Positions 54,581-64,000 of a DNA stretch of 64,000 nucleotides are shown here, piece after piece. Under the pieces are notes generated by a model that did not search any database, had not been told where the DNA came from, and worked only from the letters and a program-made list of their open reading frames with translations. A program made the translations under genes and the position numbers. The DNA comes from Eledone cirrhosa (lineage: Eukaryota), in contig OZ024743.1 in the NCBI GenBank assembly GCA_964016885.1, forward strand, positions 166,532,001 through 166,596,000, written 5' to 3'. Positions within the stretch are counted from its first letter, which is position 1. Each line of letters begins with the position of its first letter.

Positions 54581-57500
54581 TGTAGTGACCTACATTCCGC
54601 GGGCTCACATACATTCTCTGTGCGTGATTTGGCTTAGCTCAGCCAATCAGCGCCAGCAGAAGAGGATGTATCCCTACGCGTCCTGAGAGAGAAATTACTC
54701 GCGAAGATTTGAAGAAAATCTCTCTCTTGCACCGGGGACTTCGAACCAGCAACACGTACATGTGACGGTGAGATTTTGCACCTTAACCTGCCGACTTTCC
54801 GGCACAATGACACATTCCCTTTTGTAACCTCATTTTTATGTGTAACTTCAACCATACAAGTTAACCAACATTATTTGTGCTACAACAAAAATAAACATAC
54901 ATTTCATCTCTAATTTCTGCTGTTGACATCATTATTACGTTACTCGTGTCTCAATAACATTTAATTTACCATGCTGATTATTTGGCGACCGGCTCTCGGT
55001 CAGTTTACTCATGAGTAAGTTTGTTAACCTTATTATATCTGTATCGAATTTAATTAGTGGTTGGCCTGCAGTGGCGTTTACCAAAGTAAATAACCCTGTG
55101 ACCAATTCACTAAATTGGTGACCTTCGACGATTAAGTATGAAAACGCAGCCTATTTGAATTCGCCATTCGTTTTAACGGCAATGTGGAGTGGCTTAACAT
55201 TTGGAATGTTCGAATCGGGTAGCTAGACTCACTTAGCGTAAGTCCATAAAATTCATAATATTCCATTTATTGAAGCACGCAGCCTGCACAATATTTCTAT
55301 CATAACTTTCATGGAAAATGATTTTTTTTATTATTCAAATTTTCTTTAGAATATTTAAAAAAAAAAAAAAATTTAGCAGTATTTCAAAACGGCTACCACC
55401 AAGTACCAGCCATCAGCAGCAACACCTGGCTAACTATGAACCAACACCAAAAATTCATCAAATACAAGGGCACCACGAGTCAACATCATTTGCCGTCCTT
55501 CGCAGGCGACATCAAGTTGTGGTTTGTGCAGCTGGAATGTTTCTTTGAATTAACCAAGACAAAAGAACAGCATAAGCTGAAGGTCCTGATCAATGGCCTA
55601 CCTGTTTCCTTGGCATTCTCGGTGAAGGACGTTGTGACGGATTTGGATGCCGACGTTACCTACGGCTCATTAAAAAACGAAATTCTTCGGAGAAATACCA
55701 AGTCGGTAGAGAGTCGTTTTCAGGAGTTGGACGATGCTCAAATAGGTGACAGGAAGCCGAGCTCCTATTTGCGGGAGTTGAGTGACTCCCAGGGGATTGA
55801 CACCCCCTTCATAAAGCAGCTCTTTTTCTCACGTTTACCGCCAAGTGCGCAAAGGATTTTGGTTAATAGTTTGGAGAGGGAGTCGTTAGAGCAACTTGCC
55901 GCGTCTGCGGATAGAATACTTGAGGTGGACTCGAACAGCAATCGGCATAATGCTTATGTGGCTTCAGCTTGCGTCCCCCTACGCAATTCTTCTGTGGCCG
56001 ACAGCAAACTGTTGGAGTTGATTGAAGCTCTCACCAAAAAGGTAGAAAATTTGACTGTACAACATAGAGAGCCTTCTCAACGTTTAAGGTACCGTTCGCC
56101 TCCGTCAGCTATTCCTCGAAACCGTTACGAGTACCGTCCGCCACCGTCTTCTGTTCCTCGCCAACACTACACTTCAGGCAGCAGTAATTCTTCGATTTGT
56201 TGGTATCATGTTAACTTTCGCTGTCGGGCGCCTTGCAACTATAGGAGTTCGGAAAACGCAAAGCAGAGCCACTAGGGGCGGCTAGTGAACTCTGGGAAAC
56301 TCGACCAAACCGTCATCTTTTTGTGTACGATCTGCAGTCAAAAAAATTTTTTCTTGTCGACACTGGCACGTCACTAAGTATTTGGCCAGTCAGTTATCTT
56401 AAAAAAACCCCATCTGAATCAAATATCAATTTACGAGCAATCAACAACACGGCCATTCGAACGTACGGGCATATTTCCCTTCCTCTTCGGTTTAAAAATT
56501 TGTGTCGTGAATTGAAGTGGAAGTTTACTATCGCCGACTTGCCATACGCCATTTTGGGAGCAGATTTCCTCCACCATTTTTCCTTGTCGATTGACATCCG
56601 CAGACAACGACTTTTTGATGCTAATACAGGCCTATCGTTCGAGGGTTCAAAGCCGGAGATCGCCACAGTAAGCCCTGCTTTTTTCTTGGCTGAAGTGGGC
56701 AACCAGTATCACAGTTTGTTAAAATTATTCCCACAGCTGATGCAAGGAAGATTACGAATTGCTAGTCCGGATCATGTGATTGAACATTTTATATCTACTA
56801 CAGGTCCACCCGTTTTCTCACGTCCTCGAAGATTATCTGCAGAGAAGTTGAAAGCTGCACGTCTTGAATTCGACCACATGCTGGAATTAGGAATAATTCG
56901 GCGTTCCATAAGTCCTTGGGCATCGCCTCTGCATATGGTACTTAAATCTTCTGGTGATTGGAGACCGACGGGTGACTACCGACGCTTAAACGCAATTACT
57001 GTGTCTGACCGTTATCCAATCCCGCATTGGCAGGATTTTGCATCGTCATTGCAGGGTTGCAGAATCTTTTCTAAGCTTGATTTGATCCGCGCTTATAATC
57101 AAATTCCGGTTAAAAAGGAGGATATTCCAAAGACTGCTATTGCCACTCCTTTCGGATCATTCGAGTTCCTCACTATGCCTTTCGGACTTAGAAATGCTGC
57201 AAGTACTTTCCAATGATTCATGGATGATGTCACTCGTGGTCTCGATTTTGTTTACACGTATATCGATGATGTACTGATTGCTAGTTCTTCTCCTGAACAA
57301 CATTCCAAACATTTGGATATATTATTTCGGCGTTTACAGAAATATAATGTTCGTGTTAATGCCGCTAAGTGTGTTTTCGGCTCGACATCGCTAACATTTT
57401 TGGGCCATCTTATTGATGCTGATGGTATTCGGCCCCTTCCGGAAAAAGTTAAGGCAATTTTGGATTTGCCTCTGCCAAGTTCGCTTCGACAATTACGGCA

Positions 57501-60301
57501 ATTCTTGGGCCTTGTGAATTTTTATAGGCAATTCGTGCCTAATTGTTCCAGCTTACTGTCCTCGTTGACAGAAATTTTTAAAAACTGTCGACAGAAGAAT
57601 ATGAACATTTCATTAAATGCAACGCACCTGGCGGATTTTGAGAAAGTCAAGAAAGCGTTAGCGACTGCATCTTTGCTCGCCCACCCCATGCCCAACGCCG
57701 AGCTGTCGCTCTGTGTTGATGCTTCGGATAGCGCCGTGGGCGCAGTCTTACAGCAGAAGTGTGAAGGGTTACAGCAACCACTTGAGTTCTTTTCGAGAAA
57801 GTTAAAGCCTGCCGAAACTCGCTATAGCACCTTTGGCAGGGAGCTATTAGCAATTTATTTATCAGTGAAACATTTTGCTCATGTACTTGAAGGTAGAATG
57901 TTCACTATTTTCACTGATCATAAACCTTTGACGTTTGCTCTTCGAACTAAAGCAGACAAATACTTGCCCAGAGAAACGAGACATCTGGACTTCATCTCAC
58001 AGTTCACGAACGACATTCAACATATTCCGGGTTCTTTGAATACAGCGGCCGTTGCGCTCTCTCGCCTGCCGATCGCATCGATTTCGTCTTCCGAGGAGAT
58101 AGATTTACATCGAATGGCAGCTACTCAACCCACTCTCGAATCGTTGGATGTTACATCGCCAGAGTTTGTACATTGCAAACTGAAATACATTCCGATCTCA
58201 ACGGCTGACGGAAAAATACTGTGTGATGTTTCGTTGGACTCACCACGACCTCTAGTCCCAGTGGAACATCGACGAACTGTGTTTCTCGCTTTACATGGCA
58301 TTTCTCACCCTGGAGTATCAGCCTCAGTAAAACTCATAACAGCCAGATTTTTCTGGCCTGATATGAGACGTGACATTGCTGCTTGGTGCCGTTCCTGTGT
58401 CGCTTGCCAAAAGTCAAAAGTTTATAAGCACGTTAAAACTCCTCTCGGAACTTTCACCTGTCCTGATGCCAGATTTCGTCACATTCATGTGGACATCGTC
58501 GGCCCGTGGCCGATTAGTCGTGGTTATTCGTATATTTTGACGATCGTTGACCGTTTTTCGCGTTGGCCTGAAGCCATCCCTATGACAGATATCACTGCTG
58601 AAACGACAGCGCGTACTCTCGTATCTGCATGGATCGCTCGTTTTGGAGTACCAACCACAATAACAACAGACCGCGGTCGTCAATTTGAATTGAACCTCTT
58701 CCGTGAATTAACATAAATTATTGGCGCCACTCGCATAAGAACCACGGCATATCATCCAGCATCAAACGGAATGGTGGAAAGATTCCACAGGCAACTCAAA
58801 GCCTCCTTAAGGGCTTCCATGGACTCTTCACGTTGGAGCGAGTACCTACCTATTGTGTTGTTGGGTATTCGGTCGACGGTAAAGGTGGACCTTGGGTTCT
58901 CCTCTGCCGAATTAGTTTATGGTACTCCTCTGGCGTTACCGGGGCAAATGCTGGCTCCTTTTGACCTGACTTCGCAGGACCCCGCTTCCTACGTGTCCCG
59001 GCTTCACTCTTATTTCAAGGATCTACCACCGATGCGCACTAGGAAGCAGACTGTAAAAACTGCCGTCCCAAGGGATATTGCCTTGTGGACACGTGTTCGT
59101 TAGAGACGACGCAGTGCGACCCCCTCTTCGACGGCCGTACTCTGGACCCTATCGTGTGCTTGCTCGCACAGACAAACATTTCACACTGGACATTCGGGGT
59201 TCCAGGGAAACGGTTTCCGTTGATCGTCTCAAACGAGCAAACCTGGACAATGACACAATGACACTTGAAACTCAAATGCCCCCCTTCTTTTTCTTTGCCA
59301 CATTCGCCTATCCCCCCCCCCCCATCAACATACAGAACTACGACCCGTTCTGGGCGAAGGGTGCATTGGCCTCGTAAGCTATGCAGTAATATAAACTGAA
59401 TTGTATTCTTTTCTTCTTCCAATTGTTTTTGCTGTATATTTCATTGTGTTGCTTTTTGATTCTTGACTGCCTACGGCAGTGACAATATGTTATTTTTCGT
59501 AACATTACGACTGTTGTCAATTCTGACAGTCCATTTTTTTTTAGTGCATTTTTATAGCTATGCTACATGTGGCATTTTCAGTGCCTAGCAAAAAATTTAT
59601 TTGTGTTTATCACATTTGGGGCCCCTTTATTGCGAAGAGTGTTACCTTTTCATGCATTTTGCATCTTTTGCAGTACATTTTTTTTTACTGTGTTAATGCT
59701 TGCAGACATGAACCTTTTTCTTGCTGATTCAATAATCTGTATCGACTTCCGTCTAGAAGGGGGGTATTGTAGTGACCTACATTCCGCGGGCTCACATACA
59801 TTCTCTGTGCGTGATTTGGCTCAGCTCAGCCAATCAGCGCCAGCAGAAGAGGATGTATCCCTACGCGTCCTGAGAGAGAAATTACCCGCGAAGATTTGAA
59901 GAAAATCTCTCTCTCGCACCGGGGACTTCGAACCAGCAACACGTACATGTGACGGTGAGATTTTGCACCTTAACCTGCCGACTTTCCGGCGTAATGACAC
60001 ATTCCCTTTTGTAACCTCATTTTTATGTGTAACTTCAACCATACAAGTTAACCAACATTATTTGTGCTACAACAAAAATAAACATACATTTCATCTCTAA
60101 TTTCTGCTGTTGACATCATTATTACGTTACTCGTGTCTCAACAACATTTAATTTACCATGCTGATTATTTGGCGACCGGCTCTCGGTCAGTTTACTCACG
60201 AGTAAGTTTGTTAACCTTATTATATCTGTATCGAATTTAATTAGTGGTTGGCCTGCAGTGGCATTTACCAAAGTAAATAACCCTGTGACCAATTCACTAA
60301 A
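54581..60301 (+). mobile_element. Full-length Gypsy LTR retrotransposon (LTRs 54581-55114 and 59768-60301; gag 55436-56275; pol in -1 frame)
   Basis: 534-bp LTRs, TSD AGAC, PBS tggtgacc, PPT agaaggggg; DTG protease, YIDD, RNase H, HHCC/DDE integrase; two stops and one frameshift. Confidence 0.97.
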
Positions 60302-62251
60302 AGACCTTGCAAAAAGAACACATAAACGAGGTTTCAATTCGATAACCTTTAGCAGTTTTTCTCTTTTGCAAAGAACACATTCGGCAAACCTTCTTCCTCC
60401 CATCAATTCTCTCCACTTTATGAAAATCAATATTTTCTTTGTTCACCTCAGATAATTTTGACTTTCTCCCAGCTTTGTGTTTGTGAGAAGTATATCGTCT
60501 ATGTAGCTGAATATGCGACGTCCACACAAAATTTCATGTGGCAGTAGTCCTTTGGTGGTGGCGGATCCTTGTGGCTGTTAGTGAATACAATATAAGAATT
60601 CACTAAAAACCACAAGATATATCTCCACCATTTCTTTCCAGGGCGTCCAACTGGGTAATACACACAATATTGGTTGGATTTGTCAACCCCACCCATATAT
60701 TTTTTATTGGAGAGATTGACTAAAGGTTTACCTTCAGCCCCAACACCTGATTGTTGCTTAGAAGATAGGAACAAAATTTGCCGTTTGTCTTTGTACAATG
60801 TGGCTAACATGTTAACTTTTTGCACTTGGAGAATATCCTCTCTTTTTAAATTTTATGACATATTTCTTGGGGGTAGCCCTTTGCGATTCCCCATTATTGT
60901 ACCGCAGGTGTACGTATTTACGAGGGCAAGATCCTCTGCTAGAAGCACTGAAGAAAAAAACGGTCAAAATATATGTGTCTGTGTTGAGAGTGGAAGGGTA
61001 CTGTCAGAGACCACACAACCATTTTTTCTCTCTCTGTTGTGTTTCTTTCCTGTGTAAACATTGAAGTTTGCACAGTAGCCTGTGTCCGATTCACAGAGTT
61101 CCCACACCTTGATGCCCCATTTGGTGGGTTTAGCTGGCATATATTGTCTGAAATGTACCCTACCCTTATACCCAATCATAGCTTCATCAACACTAAGATT
61201 TTTTCCAGGTATATATACTGTTTTAAATTTTTCAGATAGCATTTTAATTAATGATCGAACTTTATACAGAGGGTTATCAACCAGGTGCAAATACTTGTTT
61301 AATTTTAAACACCTTGTTTTCGGCATAATACTTGATATATAAGGGTCACTAAACCTTATATCAGTGCTCCAGTAATTCCACAGTCTTGGAAATTGTTTTA
61401 TACCGAACATAATATTTACGGTAAAAAAATGCTTGCATTTCCACATCTGTCGATCACCATAACAGATTGGGTTTTCCTCGATTTGAAATTTGTTGTTGGG
61501 CATATCGATTAGTTTCTTCTGCCACAACCTTTAAGAAAATTTGTGGCAAAAACAAAAAGAAATAATCCAGTGCTTTAGCATCAGGAGGTAATGTGTGTTG
61601 TGGACCAGTATTTTGAATAAAATCGGGAACATGTGTTGGTGTGGTATTTTCCAACCACGTTGCTGTAATATCTTCAATGGTATCCCGGAGATCTCCTTCT
61701 CTTTCAAAACCAACAATCATCGTTGGATGAAATTTCAGAAATGTACACATCTGATTCATTTGAAGATAAATCACTAATATTATCTTTTGTTTCTTGTTCA
61801 TTTTGAATGTCATTGTGTGTAAAACCTTCAAAGTCGGTATCGCTACTGTCACAAGCCATGTTGATACACACAAAAAATCTGTTGTACTTTCAACATTAAA
61901 AAAACACATTTCAAGTCGTTTCACTATATTAAGTGTTAATTTTCGCAGTAATCTCGAATTGACAAGATTTTGATGATGGTATTGTTTATTTTTAGAACAA
62001 TATTTTAGTGTGGGTGTTATTATCCGGTTTAGGCAGGTTTGAACAAAAGGGGAAATAATTTCGACCGGTTTTGAACACTAAAGGGTTACGGCCATATTCC
62101 TTGCTAAAGCAAGGGTTATCCTTACATGGGAGCCATTTTGAAACAAAGTTTTATAGCTGGATGCCCTTCCCGGCATCATCCCTTTCATTTGCCTCATACA
62201 ACATACAGTAATGAATGAATAACAGAATAAGAAATAGAATAATTTACTCAC

Positions 62252-62330
62252 AAGGTCTAATTTATCTTTAGCCAACAACTTCACATATGCTCCTCCACAT
62301 TCAATACCATTCTGAAATTTAACTTCATAC
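62252..62330 (-). CDS. CANX: Calnexin exon: (Q)YEVKFQNGIECGGAYVKLLAKDKLDL
   Basis: Calreticulin-family signature CGGAYVKLL; ag/gtgagt boundaries; phase matches previous exon. Confidence 0.97.
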
Positions 62331-63781
62331 CTTTCAAAAGAAAGAGAAAGCAAATATTAGATGAAACATTTTATTGGTTTATATTCTATTTTATTAGCTG
62401 AAAATAATTTATCTAGTTTACTTCAATAAAGGAGAATCAAAATAAAATTTAGAAAAAGAATTAAAAAGCCCCAAAAAAAAAAAAAAGTTACATCTCTGTT
62501 GTTACAGCTCACACCTTTGGTCACCTATCTCAGAGGAAGTTTCTTAGGTGTTTTAATGATAAGGACCCCTATCCTATCATGAAAAGCATGAAATGAAACA
62601 TCTTGCTAAAAAATGGAATGTGCTACCCGATCCAAGAATCAAACCCACAACCATGAGTTCGACAGCCTAACCACTAGACCACATGCTTTCACACCACCTT
62701 TAGAAAAGAACTATGATCAAATTTTAACTAGACAAAATTTTTGCAATTAATTGGAGGCTGTGTACAAGTTTGGCTTCTAAAATCTTTTTGATATGGCTAA
62801 AACCAGCTTTCATTCTATGAAACAAAACTCCACTATTTTAAAGGGTTCCTATTTAAATTGAAATCCTCTTACATAATTTCATATAAGAACCATATATTAA
62901 GTTACTATCTTGGTAATGAAATAATAAATCATTTTAGTAAAAACCTCAAAATTCTTCATTAATTAATTGAAAGAGAGTGTATTTCATTAGAAACATGGTT
63001 ATGAAAAGGTTAGCTCCCTCCCCATCTTGTTCAACATGCAATTTTCCAGAGTGTCATAGTGTGCAATAGATCAATATGTCAGCTTGTAGAAACAGGTTGC
63101 ATTGTAGGTCAGTAGAGAAAATAACAAGTTAATAAATATCTTCCCATTAACAGTCATTCTATCCTACATTCCATAAGCAGGATAGGGAAATTGTATAGTT
63201 CTTTAGATAAGTATCTTCTACTATAGTTTCAGGTTAACCAATACCTAGTGAGTGAATTTGAAAGACTGAAACAAACTATATACTGTGTTTGTGTTTACAT
63301 TTACACTGCATAACAAAGTGTTGTTTGTTGTCTTGCATTTAACAATGATGATGATGATTTAGCGATTTTGCAAATAAGGTGCAATGAAATAAGGATTGAT
63401 CAACCAATCGCACAAAAGCAGTGCCCTAGCAGGCATATAGTCAATGACTGAAACCGGTAAAATGATAAAAGAATATAAAAACAAATGAATAAAAATAATT
63501 TTCTCAGAAGTTACACATAAACATAACCTTTTGATAACAGCCCGGTCAAAACTGCCTCAAGTTCAAAAAACAAAACAACCAAGTTTAAAGGGTTCCTATT
63601 CAAATTAAAACTGTCCAATATAATTTTATATAAAAACCTTTTGTTAACTTATGATACAAATACTATCATAATAATGAAATAGTTTTAGTAAATCTTTTTA
63701 AATTTTTCATTAATTAAATGGAATACAGTGTATTACAAATATGGTAATGAAAGGTTTAATAAAAAACAAAAATATACTTAC

Positions 63782-63858
63782 TGTATAATAAAAGTTTTAC
63801 CAACAAATTCATAGGGCTTTTGTAATTTACATGATATGGCATGATGCTTGGCTTTCGA
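63782..63858 (-). CDS. CANX: Calnexin exon (first visible), lectin domain: SKAKHHAISCKLQKPYEFVGKTFII(Q)
   Basis: Acceptor tttcag, donor gtaagt; 77 nt, ends phase 2; resembles calnexin SRAKHHAISAKL..PLIVQ. Confidence 0.93.
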
Positions 63859-64000
63859 CTGAAATCATAAACAATTAACTACTGATATACTCGTATATAA
63901 GCCGAGAAATATGTGACAAAAAAACAACAACAAAAAACACGATTGTAAAATGGTGTGTGTGTGGAGAGGGGCAGTAGTAGCTTATGTTCAAAGTCAATAT

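Larger units (their letters stand above)
53714..62085 (-). mobile_element. Second piggyBac copy (same family), interrupted by a Gypsy and a SINE
   Basis: ttaa-ccctttagcattca at 53710; tgaacactaaaggg-ttac at 62085; VDEAMIGYKGRVHFRQYMPAKPTKWG. Confidence 0.93.

Overview
Eukaryotic, AT-rich, TE-dense animal DNA. The SINE/RTE/piggyBac content suggests an octopod cephalopod (inference). The whole window lies inside one minus-strand gene, calnexin. I traced 16 phase-consistent GT-AG coding exons from 63858 down to 13205; the N-terminal exons and the final stop-containing exon were not found and probably lie outside the window. An extra exon (17587/17593-17739) next to the normal transmembrane exon encodes a second, divergent, cysteine-free TM segment. 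It looks like a tandem-duplicated, mutually exclusive (or alternative terminal) exon. The introns contain many RTE LINE copies with a PHD-like finger, two oppositely oriented piggyBac transposons (one holding a full-length Gypsy with TG..AA LTRs), a second truncated Gypsy, and a Penelope-like element with an inverted pseudo-LTR. They also hold Helitron-like, Tx1/L1, CR1-like, MITE and tRNA-SINE insertions, about 3 kb of (TA/CA)n microsatellite, and an intact-looking minimal type I hammerhead ribozyme (36123-36178).
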